From Candidatus Zixiibacteriota bacterium (GTDB taxonomy: Bacteria; Zixibacteria; MSB-5A5; CAIYYT01), in contig JBECKX010000188.1 in NCBI GenBank assembly GCA_040235515.1, positions 1 through 18,429 of the forward strand: a DNA stretch of 18,429 bases, in the 5' to 3' direction. A program made the translations under genes and the position numbers. Of the stretch, positions 1-9,183 are shown piece by piece (the stretch's first letter is position 1; each line of letters starts with the position of its first letter). A model generated the notes under the pieces. That model was not told the origin of the DNA, did not search any database, and worked only from the letters and a program-made list of their open reading frames with translations.

Positions 1-1140
1 ATCCTCGACTGTGACTTCGAGTTTTGCCTTCAACCGCTCCCTCAATCTTGCGGCGCGCTCCCGCAGCAGGTTCAACGGGAGCGAGATCATCTGCCAGAGC
101 GGAAGCAGTTCCTCTTCTTCGCTGCGCAGGTAGGCGAACGCGGCCTCTTCCAGCACCGCCAATGTTAGCTTGTCCAGGCGCAGCGTTCGATAAAGCGGGT
201 TCTTGTGCAGCCGAAGCACCAGCTTGCTGCCGCCGAGAATTATACCGGCTTGTGATGCCCCCAGTAGTTTGTCACCAGAGAAGCACACCAGGTCGCAGCC
301 GGACCTGAGCGCCGTTGTGATATTGGGCTCACTCTCCATGCCATACTTCTCGGTCTGATGATATGACCCTGATCCCAGGTCATACACGGAGATCAGGTTG
401 TGTTCCTCAGCCAGCTTCGCCAGCTCCCGCGCGTCAACCTCCTCGACAAATCCGCTGATTTTGAAGTTCGACTGATGCACCTTCAGGATCATAGCTGTCT
501 TGCCTGATATGGCATCACGGTAGTCAGCAAGGGTGACTTTGTTGGTAGTGCCGACTTCCACCATCTTCGCCCCCGCGCGCTTGATGATTTCGGGCACGCG
601 GAAGCCGCCACCGATTTGCACCAGTTCGGAGCGCGAAATGATCACTTCCTTGCGGTTGGCGAGTGTATTGAGGATGAGGAACAGAGCTGCTGCGTTGTTG
701 TTGACCGGCAACGCCGCCTCTGAGCCGGTGAGCAACGCCAGCAGTTCCGAGAGAAAGCTGCCCCGCTTGCCGCGTTTGCCACTCTTCAGGTCAAACTCGA
801 GGGTGCAGTAACCCTTGACGCGCTCGAAGACTCGCTTGAGCAATTCCTCTCCGAATGGGGCTCGTCCGAGGTTGGTGTGGATCAGGACACCGGTACCGTT
901 GATCACGCGAGTGATCCTGCGGCGTTCGAAATCGACTAATTGCGACTCGAATGACTTAACGATGCTCTCACCGGTCAAGCCCTCGTCGCCATCCTTGATT
1001 GCAGCACGCACCGATTCCAGAAACGAGCGCGCGAGCGCAGTGACAATCGTCGGCGAGAGAGACTCGCGGAGGTGGCTCAGTGATTTGTCATTGACCAGTT
1101 CATCAACGGAAGGAAGATTTCGCAGCTTTTCGTTGGCCAT
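1..1140 (-). CDS. selA: L-seryl-tRNA(Sec) selenium transferase (selenocysteine synthase), 3' end outside the window
   Basis: Manual translation from ATG at 1140: MANEKLRNLPSVDELV...RVINGTGVLIHTNLGRAP...LEFDLKSGKRGKR...VNNNAAA...SRSELVQIGGGFRVPEI...VEVGTTNK...LKVHQSNF...YDLGSG...FSGDKLLG (PLP lysine codon 268-270). SD-like AGGA 5 nt upstream. Adjacent to tRNA-Sec. Confidence 0.97.
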   Translation of the reverse strand, partial: MANEKLRNLPSVDELVNDKSLSHLRESLSPTIVTALARSFLESVRAAIKDGDEGLTGESIVKSFESQLVDFERRRITRVINGTGVLIHTNLGRAPFGEELLKRVFERVKGYCTLEFDLKSGKRGKRGSFLSELLALLTGSEAALPVNNNAAALFLILNTLANRKEVIISRSELVQIGGGFRVPEIIKRAGAKMVEVGTTNKVTLADYRDAISGKTAMILKVHQSNFKISGFVEEVDARELAKLAEEHNLISVYDLGSGSYHQTEKYGMESEPNITTALRSGCDLVCFSGDKLLGASQAGIILGGSKLVLRLHKNPLYRTLRLDKLTLAVLEEAAFAYLRSEEEELLPLWQMISLPLNLLRERAARLRERLKAKLEVTVED

Positions 1141-1170
1141 AGTTGTCCTGATTGAATCTCGATTGAAAAT

Positions 1171-1264
1171 TGGCGGAAGGGGTAGGAGTCGAACCCACCG
1201 CAGACGAAGAACGCCTGCCAACGGAGTTGAAGTCCGCGGGAGCCACCGGGCCCCATCCTCTTCC
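1171..1264 (-). tRNA. selC: tRNA-Sec (anticodon UCA), 94 nt, encoded CCA
   Basis: GGAAGAGG AT GGGGCC-CGGT-GGCTCC C GCGGA-CTTCAAC-TCCGT TG GCAGGCG-TTCTT-CGTCTGC G GTGGG-TTCGACT-CCTAC CCCTTCC G CCA. It has a 6-bp D-stem with a 4-nt loop, TCA anticodon (1228-1230), long variable arm and G73 discriminator. Confidence 0.97.
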
Positions 1265-1285
1265 GCACTCTAACAATTCCGGCAA

Positions 1286-1363
1286 GCGCCAAGTTGTCGC
1301 AGGCTGCGAGTCGACTCGAGCCACTAACGTTCAGCCCGCAGAGTCTGGCGCAAAACTCAGGCG
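1286..1363 (-). ncRNA. Putative structured 5' leader RNA of the selC-selA transcript (family unknown)
   Basis: Nested helices GCGCCAG(1351-1345)/TTGGCGC(1292-1286) and TGCGGGCTG(1340-1332)/CAGCCTGCG(1306-1298) enclose hairpin CGAG-TCGA-CTCG (1307-1318). The G-U pairs form only on the minus strand. Confidence 0.4.
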
Positions 1364-1369
1364 GAAGTA

Positions 1370-1398
1370 ATTGTAATGGAGTGCCGGGGCAAAGTCAA
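1370..1398 (-). promoter_or_regulatory. sigma70-type promoter for leader-selC-selA
   Basis: TTGACT (1398-1393), 17-nt spacer, TACAAT (1375-1370), just after the bshB1 stop. Confidence 0.8.
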
Positions 1399-1405
1399 GC
1401 AACGC

Positions 1406-2146
1406 TCAGATCGAGTAGCCATTTAAATCGAGTGGAGAGTCAACGCTCACGATTTCCTTCTGGATGTAGCCCTCCGCATATGCAACACGCAGTTTCATGC
1501 CGAGGACGCTATCGCGAGCACGCACGAACTCGAACAGATCCACGCCTGGCACGAACACCTTATTGCCGCGTCCTTCCACCGGAAATTGCGACTTGTAGCA
1601 GCGGATCGCGGCAAGCTTGCGCTCGAATTGAGCAGATATATCTATCGCGACATTCGGTTCCACCAGCCCGTAGTAGATCGCATAGAGGATCTTACGCGGT
1701 CGATGCGGTTCACCATCCAGCTTTGCACGCTTCAGCCCGGCATAGAAGCAGGCATCATACCCCACCTGAGAGCAAACCCGATGATCGGGATGCCTCTGTT
1801 CCCAGTGCGGGAGGATCACAAGCTCCGGTCGATGATCGCGTATCTTCTGAGCGATCGCAGCGCGGGTCTGATGATCGTGGGTCAAGTAGGCATCAGGGAG
1901 TCCGAGGTTCTCACGTTGCGTCACACCGAGAACTGCAGCCGCCGCCGCGGCCTCCTCTGCGCGGAGAGCAGCATCACCCTGCGAACCCATCTCCCCTGCA
2001 GTCATCTCCAGCATCACGACCTTCTTGCCGCCATCGGTGAGTTTCGCGATCAGGCCGCCTGAAGTTATTTCGAGGTCGTCCCTGTGCGCCGCGATCGCCA
2101 GGCAGGCGGCGTCATACTTGTTTGATTGGTTTCCACTAGCCGACAA
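1406..2146 (-). CDS. bshB1: Bacillithiol biosynthesis deacetylase BshB1 (PIG-L/LmbE family)
   Basis: Motifs AIAAHRDDLE, MTAGEMGSQG..LRAEEA, RENLGLPD, RHPDH, KLAAIRCYKSQF, YAEG. TTG start with AAAGGTG SD, overlapping the bshA stop. Confidence 0.9.
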   Translation of the reverse strand: MSASGNQSNKYDAACLAIAAHRDDLEITSGGLIAKLTDGGKKVVMLEMTAGEMGSQGDAALRAEEAAAAAAVLGVTQRENLGLPDAYLTHDHQTRAAIAQKIRDHRPELVILPHWEQRHPDHRVCSQVGYDACFYAGLKRAKLDGEPHRPRKILYAIYYGLVEPNVAIDISAQFERKLAAIRCYKSQFPVEGRGNKVFVPGVDLFEFVRARDSVLGMKLRVAYAEGYIQKEIVSVDSPLDLNGYSI

Positions 2147-3278
2147 TTTCGCGCACCTTTCCCGAGACTACCTGCAGATAATAATCCTCGTAGTGCGGCA
2201 CCAGTTGTTCCACGGAGAACTTCTTCACGGCGGTCGCTCTCGCTGCGGCCTTCATTGCGTTAAGACGCTGCTCGTTCGAGAGCAGCTCGATCGCCGCCTG
2301 AGACATCGCGTCGACATCGCCAACCTTACGCAGGAATCCATCCTCACCATCCGTGATCAACTCCGGCAAACCACCCGCAGCACTGGCAATTACCGGCACG
2401 CCGCATGACATGGCTTCCAGAGCAGCAAGTCCGAATGATTCGGTTTCTGATGGCAGCAGGAACAAGTCAGCAGCAGGGAGGATCGCCTCGATCGAATTTT
2501 GACTGCCAAGCAGATGCACTTCGTCGCGTAGATCGTGATCGGTGATGTAGTCTTCAACCATCGTCATATCGGGACCATCCCCGATCAGCACCAGCCTGGC
2601 CGCGACTCGCTCTCTGACCCGGAGGAAAATATCGAGTACATCCTTCACCCGCTTAACGGGCCTGAAATTCGAAGCATGCATGATAATCTTCTCATCCGGC
2701 TTGGCGAAGCTGCTCCGGTTGCACCTGGTCGGCACGGGCTTGAACTCTTCAGTGTCTACGAAGTTGGGGATAACTTCGATATGCCGCTTGATGTCGAAGA
2801 CATCGTAGGTTTGCTGTTTGATCGACTGCGACACGGCGGTCAAACCATCGGAGGCTTCCAGTGCGAAACGGGTAATCTCGTGAAATGATCGTTCGCTGCC
2901 AACAAGGGTGACATCGGTGCCGTGCAGCGTCGTCACCACCTTGATCCTGCAATCACGCGCTATCTGTTTGGCCAGGAACGCTGCGGTTGCGTGTGGAATC
3001 GCGTAGTGTACGTGCAACAGGTCGAGCTTCCAGCGGCAGACCACATCCGCCATCTTCGCCGCCAGTGACAAGGTGTATGGCGGGTATTTGAAGAGCGGGT
3101 AGGATGAAATCTCCACCTGGTGGAAAAAGACATTCTCTCGGAACTGGTCGAGTCGGAACGGGAGCTGATAAGAGATAAAGTGAACCTGGTGCCCCCTGGC
3201 AGCGAGTGCCATCCCCAACTCGGTTGCGACGATTCCTGAACCGCCTACTACCGGATAACATGTAATACCTATTTTCAT
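2136..3278 (-). CDS. bshA: N-acetyl-alpha-D-glucosaminyl L-malate synthase BshA (GT4)
   Basis: Motifs [75 protein letters not shown]. Confidence 0.95.
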   Translation of the reverse strand: MKIGITCYPVVGGSGIVATELGMALAARGHQVHFISYQLPFRLDQFRENVFFHQVEISSYPLFKYPPYTLSLAAKMADVVCRWKLDLLHVHYAIPHATAAFLAKQIARDCRIKVVTTLHGTDVTLVGSERSFHEITRFALEASDGLTAVSQSIKQQTYDVFDIKRHIEVIPNFVDTEEFKPVPTRCNRSSFAKPDEKIIMHASNFRPVKRVKDVLDIFLRVRERVAARLVLIGDGPDMTMVEDYITDHDLRDEVHLLGSQNSIEAILPAADLFLLPSETESFGLAALEAMSCGVPVIASAAGGLPELITDGEDGFLRKVGDVDAMSQAAIELLSNEQRLNAMKAAARATAVKKFSVEQLVPHYEDYYLQVVSGKVREIVG

Positions 3279-3325
3279 CGTCGGCCCTCAAATCAGAGTT
3301 TCAGAACAGGTAGCCGGCAAGCGGG

Positions 3326-4981
3326 CTACTGCAGGTCAACCAGATGGTGCACCTTGCTGTTGCAGTCGACGGAATCATAGATCTCCCGAACGACTCCGAA
3401 ACCATACTTAGCTATATAATGGTTGAGGCTGAACAAACGTTCCTGCAGTTTTCCATTCGGGAATAGATGAAATCCGATTCGCTCGATCTGGCTGCGCACG
3501 ATCTCGTTTTTCTTGCGATGGGCCTGGAACACCTTCTCCTCGAATTTCTGGATTTCATTGTCGATTCGCGCCGACATCCGTTCCGCATTCGTCAGCAGTC
3601 CATGATCTTCCCTATCAAGCCGCGCTCTGATCTCTTCGAGACGCGACTTCACCTCCGCGCGCAGATCGGCGAACTGCTCGGTGAATATTGCAGGGAATGA
3701 CTCTTCCAGCAGCCTTGTGGCAAGCTGTCCATGATCCCCCAGGAAGTCCTCGAACCGAAGGCTGTACTTGTCGAGCAGCCGCCGCACTTTCGACTCGATC
3801 AGCGTTGCCGAAAAACGCGGGTAAATGATCGGAGCTTCCACCGAGAACAGCTCGAACAGGTTCTTGATCTGGCTGAAGTAGGCGGCTTCCGCCGGTCCGG
3901 AGAAGTAGACCAGCGTTGGGAACAACTGACTCTGCACGATCGCTCTCAAGAACACATTGGGTGAGAACAGCTCCGGTGAGGCCTCGAGCCGTGCTTCCAA
4001 TTCGGTCTGAGAGATGAATTTCTCATCGATTCGGAAGCCACCGTCGGCAAAGTACACCCTGGTGCGTTCGCCATTGTAGTAAAAGAGATTCGCGTAGTCG
4101 CCCGGCTTGGCAACCTGAAGGTGGTACCCCATCTCCTCCAACCGTTTGTTGGCTCTCTCTACGAGTGCAGCCCCTTCCTCTCGAATCTGTAATTCGCGCC
4201 GGAAGATCGGTTTGGATAACTCTCTAAACTCCGGCGCACTTGGATCGATCAGGACCAGTCCGGTATCGCGAAACAGGTATGCCAGGTACTTCCCGAATGC
4301 CGTCACGATGGACTCTCCGGGCTGATAGCAGTCGCGCAGAACCTGCATCAACTCCGGCCGGTATTCCGTGTCGGGCAGATGACTCTCATACTCGTCGAGA
4401 AGAACCAGAACACCCTCATCCAGCTTCACACTCGCCATCGGCTTGCCCGTCACGCTCGCCTGCGGTTTGTAGCTGAGTTCCACCAGTTGCTCCGAGTCAC
4501 TCTGCAGTGTGACGTTCGCTACTTCAGCAAAATCGGCATCGTCCGCAGCCAGCCAGAAGATCGGCACCACGTTGCCGGGGACCTTGCGACAATCAGTGTC
4601 GGCCAGTTTCACCGCCAGCGCGGCTTTGTAGAAGGTAAACAGTGGACCGCCGAACATAGTCACCTGTTGTCCGGTGAAGACAGCGGTGGTGTCGTTGTTT
4701 TTCAGTTTCTGGATATTCTGGAGCGTGCGTTCCCCTGCGCCGAATTGTTTGTTCTGACGCGTAAGAACCGAGACGATCGCATCACGGTCGAATGTGCGAC
4801 CAGACAGTTTCCCCTGCAACTGAATCAGGTCGGCATCGGAATTGAAGTCATAGTGGAAGTACTCTGCGGTCTTCCCTGCCAGGAAATCGAGAAAGAGCCT
4901 GCGACTTCCGGGGATATCGTCAAAACTAACCGTTCGTGTCGTTGGTGTCACTTGAGGCGTCTTCTGACCTGTGTTCGTCAA
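3326..4981 (-). CDS. bshC: Bacillithiol biosynthesis cysteine-adding enzyme BshC
   Basis: Motifs TGQQ..FGGPLFTFYKA, PIFWLA.DDADF.E, GYHLQV, FSPNVFLR, GPAEAAYF, LFPNGKLQER. Start uncertain: TTG 5005, GTG 4996, TTG 4981 (SD GAAGGGA, 6-nt spacer; preferred) or GTG 4951. Confidence 0.9.
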   Translation of the reverse strand: MTNTGQKTPQVTPTTRTVSFDDIPGSRRLFLDFLAGKTAEYFHYDFNSDADLIQLQGKLSGRTFDRDAIVSVLTRQNKQFGAGERTLQNIQKLKNNDTTAVFTGQQVTMFGGPLFTFYKAALAVKLADTDCRKVPGNVVPIFWLAADDADFAEVANVTLQSDSEQLVELSYKPQASVTGKPMASVKLDEGVLVLLDEYESHLPDTEYRPELMQVLRDCYQPGESIVTAFGKYLAYLFRDTGLVLIDPSAPEFRELSKPIFRRELQIREEGAALVERANKRLEEMGYHLQVAKPGDYANLFYYNGERTRVYFADGGFRIDEKFISQTELEARLEASPELFSPNVFLRAIVQSQLFPTLVYFSGPAEAAYFSQIKNLFELFSVEAPIIYPRFSATLIESKVRRLLDKYSLRFEDFLGDHGQLATRLLEESFPAIFTEQFADLRAEVKSRLEEIRARLDREDHGLLTNAERMSARIDNEIQKFEEKVFQAHRKKNEIVRSQIERIGFHLFPNGKLQERLFSLNHYIAKYGFGVVREIYDSVDCNSKVHHLVDLQ

Positions 4982-7900
4982 CCGAGTTCCCTTCACCTGA
5001 GTCAATGCTGCTCACCTTGCTCTTGCCCGTGAGTTTGCGGGTGATATCCTCCAGCAAGGTATATACGACTGGTACGACAATTAGCGTCAGTCCGGTTGAC
5101 GTTGTCAAGCCACCAATCACGGCGCGGGCGATGCCGGCTCGAAGTTCTGCACCGGGACCGATTCCGAGCGCCAGCGGAAAGACACCGAAGATCATTGACA
5201 GGGTAGTCATCATGATCGGCCGGAATCTGATTCCACCTGCCTGAATCAGGGCGTCTCGGCGATTGAGGCCCCGCGCGCGCTCCTGTTTGGCAAAGTCGAT
5301 CATCAGAATCGCGTTCTTGGTCACCAGCCCCATCAACATGATAATACCGATCAGTGAAATGATCGAAATCGATGATCCGAAGAAGAGCAGTCCCAGGAAA
5401 GCGCCGAGCAGTGACATCGGGAGCGAAAGCATGATTGAGAACGGATCGGTGATACTTTCAAACTGCGACGCCAACACGAGGAAGATCAGCACGATGGCGA
5501 GGAAGAGCGCGTCCATCAGGTATCCGAATGACTCCGCCTGGATTTCAGCTTCACCACTGGCATAGATACGATATCCGGGCGGCGTCGGAATCAGACTGGC
5601 CCTGGCAAAGGCCGCGTCGCGAACATCACCGGCAAAGTAGCCGGCAGCGTTGACTGCGGTTACTTTGATCGTTTTCTGGCGATCATAGCGCGTGATCTCG
5701 GAATAGGCGCTCGCTTCCTTGAAGCTGGCCACGTAACTGAGCGGGAACTGGTGGCCGAATTTCTCGTCGATCTCCTTGGAGGATGGAATCAGAATTCGCG
5801 CCAGATCGGAGAGATCGTTTCGATCACTCTCCCGCAGGCGTAGTCTGACATCAGATTCCTTGTCGCCATCCCGGAATCGAAACGGCACCACACCATTGAC
5901 CAGGTAGCGCATCGCGAGTGAGAGTTGCTGCACATTCAAGCCCAGATCGGCGATCTTCTCCCGGTCCAGCGTCACCTGCAACTCAGGCTTGCCACTGCCG
6001 AGGGAGTTGTCAACCTCGACGGCGCCCGGTGTGGCACGCACAGAATCCTCCACGGCGTGAGCGAGCGCGACCAGGCGTTCGAGCTTCTCGCCGGAGATTG
6101 AGATCTCCACCGGCAACCCGCCACCCTCGGACTGCTCCGAAGTCATCACCAGCTTCAGGCCGGGATAATCTGCAAACTCGGCACGGAGGGCATCCATAAT
6201 CTCGAATGAAGACCTTTCGCGCTCGGAGAGTTCCTTGAGACGAACCGTAATCTGACCCTGATTGACCGGGAGATTGGATGACCCGATTGTCAGGTATTGA
6301 TCTTCAAGCTCCGGCAGTTGCCCGATCACCCTCTCCAGCCCACTGGCCAGGCTGGCGGTCTGGCTGAGGTTGGTGCCGGGTGCGGCCTTGAATTGAATGA
6401 AGAATTGACCCTGGTCGTACGCGGGCACGAACTCGAACCCGATCAACGGAACCAGGAAGAAACTTCCGATAAATGTCACCAGTGAAACGACCAGCACCAG
6501 GGCGCGATGCTTCAGGGAGAACCCGATAGCCCGCTCCACGAATACTCGCAAGCGATCGAAGAAGTCGTTCCAGGCGTTAGTGATTTTGTAAATGGGGTTT
6601 CTGGTACCCTCGTGGTGCACATTCTCTTTGGTAAGCCAGCGCGAGGAGAGCATCGGTGTCAGCCAAAAGGCGATGAACATTGAAAACGCCACCGCCGCGG
6701 CAACGGTGATACCGAACGAGTAGAAGAACTGCCCCACGATACCCTTCATAAACGCTACCGGCACGAAGACCACCAGGATTGTCAGAGTCGTCGCCAGCAC
6801 GGCCAGAGCGATTTCGGCAGTACCGTCGAGCGCTGCCTGCCGCGGTCCTTTCTTCATCGCGAAGTGTCTGTAGATATTCTCGATGACAACGATGGCGTCA
6901 TCGATCAGCAAGCCAACCGCCAAAGAGAGCGCGAGCAGGGTCATGAAGTTGAGGCTGAAATTCAGAGCGCCCATGACCGTGAAGGTTGCCACGATCGAGG
7001 TTGGAATGGCGATCGCCGAGATAATCGTCGGCCGCACGTCGGCGAGGAAAAGGAAGATCACCAGCACCGCCAACAAACCGCCATAGATCATGTTGATAAT
7101 GACGTCGTTGACCGATTCCTCGGTGAATACCGAATTGTCGATGACGACGGAGATTTCTGTGCCGGCGGGAACCTCCTGGCGCAATTCCTCCAACGCCGCT
7201 TTGACGCTATGGGCGACTTCAACGACATTCGCTCCCGATTGCTTGATCACATTCAGACCCACCGCGCGTTCGCCATTCAGGCGGGAGTAGGACGTCAGCT
7301 CCTCGGTAGTGTCGATAATCGAGGCAATATCGCGCAGGCGCACCTGCGTGTTGCCATTATCCTTGATAACATAATCTTCCAGCTCTCGAATCGAAGTGAT
7401 CTTGCCGAGGGTCTTGATCGATATATCCTGTCCATGCCGCTTGAGATTGCCGGCGGGAATCTCCAGGCTCGCCGCAGCGAGCTTCTCCTGAACTTCAAAG
7501 ATCGAGAGATTTTGTGCTTCGAGCGAAGTCAGGTCGAGCTCCACCAGAATCTCGCGTTCCTCACCTCCGACCAATTCGACATTTCCAACGCCCTGGATAT
7601 TCTCGATCCGCTTCTTGACCTTTTCACGGGCGGTGAGAGTCAACTCGCGAATCGACATATCTCCACCGATAACGATCGACATGATCGGCTGCGCCGTTGG
7701 ATCGAATTTCTGAACGATCAGGTCTTCAATACCGTTCGGGAGCTGTGGCTGTACACCTGCAATTTTGTCGCGCACATCCTGCGCAGCGATGTTCTCATCC
7801 ACCTCGAGTTCGAATTCGACCACGACAAAAGCCAACCCCTCGCGCGCGGTGGAACTGATATGTTTCACGCCACTCACCGGGTTGACGGCATCCTCGATTT

Positions 7901-8096
7901 CCTTGACGACCTCTGTTTCCATCGTTTCCGGCGAAGCTCCGGGATAGGTGGCGGTGATGGTGATGATCGGGAAATCGATTTCCGGGAAGAGTTCCACGCC
8001 GAGGTCGCGATAGGCAAACCCGCCCAGCACGAGCAAGGCAAGAATCACCATTGTGGCAAAGACCGGTCTGTTTACGGCAACGCGGGAGAGAATCAT
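4926..8096 (-). CDS. RND efflux transporter permease (AcrB/AcrD/AcrF, HAE1 family)
   Basis: 1056 aa; [24 protein letters not shown]4 [15 protein letters not shown]10 [22 protein letters not shown]. Confidence 0.95.
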   Translation of the reverse strand: MILSRVAVNRPVFATMVILALLVLGGFAYRDLGVELFPEIDFPIITITATYPGASPETMETEVVKEIEDAVNPVSGVKHISSTAREGLAFVVVEFELEVDENIAAQDVRDKIAGVQPQLPNGIEDLIVQKFDPTAQPIMSIVIGGDMSIRELTLTAREKVKKRIENIQGVGNVELVGGEEREILVELDLTSLEAQNLSIFEVQEKLAAASLEIPAGNLKRHGQDISIKTLGKITSIRELEDYVIKDNGNTQVRLRDIASIIDTTEELTSYSRLNGERAVGLNVIKQSGANVVEVAHSVKAALEELRQEVPAGTEISVVIDNSVFTEESVNDVIINMIYGGLLAVLVIFLFLADVRPTIISAIAIPTSIVATFTVMGALNFSLNFMTLLALSLAVGLLIDDAIVVIENIYRHFAMKKGPRQAALDGTAEIALAVLATTLTILVVFVPVAFMKGIVGQFFYSFGITVAAAVAFSMFIAFWLTPMLSSRWLTKENVHHEGTRNPIYKITNAWNDFFDRLRVFVERAIGFSLKHRALVLVVSLVTFIGSFFLVPLIGFEFVPAYDQGQFFIQFKAAPGTNLSQTASLASGLERVIGQLPELEDQYLTIGSSNLPVNQGQITVRLKELSERERSSFEIMDALRAEFADYPGLKLVMTSEQSEGGGLPVEISISGEKLERLVALAHAVEDSVRATPGAVEVDNSLGSGKPELQVTLDREKIADLGLNVQQLSLAMRYLVNGVVPFRFRDGDKESDVRLRLRESDRNDLSDLARILIPSSKEIDEKFGHQFPLSYVASFKEASAYSEITRYDRQKTIKVTAVNAAGYFAGDVRDAAFARASLIPTPPGYRIYASGEAEIQAESFGYLMDALFLAIVLIFLVLASQFESITDPFSIMLSLPMSLLGAFLGLLFFGSSISIISLIGIIMLMGLVTKNAILMIDFAKQERARGLNRRDALIQAGGIRFRPIMMTTLSMIFGVFPLALGIGPGAELRAGIARAVIGGLTTSTGLTLIVVPVVYTLLEDITRKLTGKSKVSSIDSGEGNSVDEHRSEDASSDTNDTNG

Positions 8097-8111
8097 GGTT
8101 CGCCCTGCCCC

Positions 8112-9146
8112 TTACTTCTCTGAACGAATGATGGGATAGCCGTCGGAAAGGAACGCCTGACCGAGCTGCACAACTTCTTCGCCCGCGGCAACACCGGAGA
8201 CTATCTCGGCGTTCACATCGTTCTGGATACCGACGGTGACTGTTCTGCTGTAAGCGGTGTCGTTCTCGACGACAAACACCGAGTAGATCCCCTCCTCGGA
8301 GAGGAGCGCCCGCTGCGGAATCGTAACCACGCCCGGTTTCTCATCCACGATGAAACTTGCCTTGGCGAAGGTGCCGGGCTGCAGGAGCTTTGCCTTGTTC
8401 GGAATTGAAATCTCGATATCGAACGTGCGGGTCTCCGGATCAGCGGCACTGGCTATCTTCGAGACCGCACAGGGGTAAACCGCCGTGTCGAGCGAAACCG
8501 TGAGTTCTCCCGGCATGCCGAGTCTGAATTTGTCCACCAGGTTCTGTGGCACCCCAAAAACCATCCGCAGGGTGTCGGTACGCGCAACCCGCGCGATCAC
8601 CTTGCCGAGTTTCGGCACATCACCCACCTCGACGTTCAATTCCACCAGGCGGCCACTGATCGGAGAAGTTATCTCCACCTGTTCGCGAGCGTTCTGGAAG
8701 TCAGCGCGAGCGACTTCGAACCGACTTGAGGCATCATCGAACTCAGATTCCGAAATAGCCTTCTGCTCGTATAGGTTTTTCATCTTATTGAAGTTCTTGC
8801 GGGCATTCTCGAAGGTCGCCTGAGCCTGGAAGTAGCGCGAACTGCTACCACCCTTGTTCAGGTAGACGACAACATCGCCTTCCTTCACTCGATCGCCAAT
8901 CGCAAAGGGTAATTTCTCTACCGACTCCGCGACGCGCGCATGCAGGTCAGCCTGGCTTACGCCGATCAGCCCTCCGGCGAATTCGCGCACGACATGAATG
9001 GAGCCGGACTCAGCCCGGGTTGTTTTCACCGGTATAGTCGGCAGCGGAGTTGCGCTCTGTTCTTCCTTGCTGCAACTCCAGAGCAACGTCGTGAGCAGCA
9101 GCACGCCTGCGATCGCAGCCTTCTCCGCTATGGTGCGGAATTTCAT
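8112..9146 (-). CDS. RND periplasmic adaptor (membrane fusion protein), probable lipoprotein
   Basis: Start moved to ATG 9146 (MKFRTIAEK) after SD GGAGG. Lipobox-like LLWSC; GDRVKEGD, ITSPISG, DPETRTF, LQPGTF. Confidence 0.9.
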   Translation of the reverse strand: MKFRTIAEKAAIAGVLLLTTLLWSCSKEEQSATPLPTIPVKTTRAESGSIHVVREFAGGLIGVSQADLHARVAESVEKLPFAIGDRVKEGDVVVYLNKGGSSSRYFQAQATFENARKNFNKMKNLYEQKAISESEFDDASSRFEVARADFQNAREQVEITSPISGRLVELNVEVGDVPKLGKVIARVARTDTLRMVFGVPQNLVDKFRLGMPGELTVSLDTAVYPCAVSKIASAADPETRTFDIEISIPNKAKLLQPGTFAKASFIVDEKPGVVTIPQRALLSEEGIYSVFVVENDTAYSRTVTVGIQNDVNAEIVSGVAAGEEVVQLGQAFLSDGYPIIRSEK

Positions 9147-9183
9147 CTCTCTATCCTCCGACTTGTCATCATCTATCCCAATC

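Noticed and set aside
1077..1370. Short ORFs overlapping the tRNA (1077-1292, 1103-1324, 1170-1370)
   Set aside because: The region is explained by selA, selC and the leader; no coding features.
2136..3278. GT4 glycosyltransferase near sel genes as a SenB-like selenosugar synthase
   Set aside because: Motifs are those of BshA, it is flanked by bshB1 and bshC, and no selD/senA is in the window.
6864..8123. 419-aa plus-strand ORF and other long plus-strand ORFs (1294-2040, 4379-5032, 9904-10680, 10344-11255, 17386-18342)
   Set aside because: Antisense shadows of well-supported minus-strand genes in GC-rich DNA, with no recognisable motifs.
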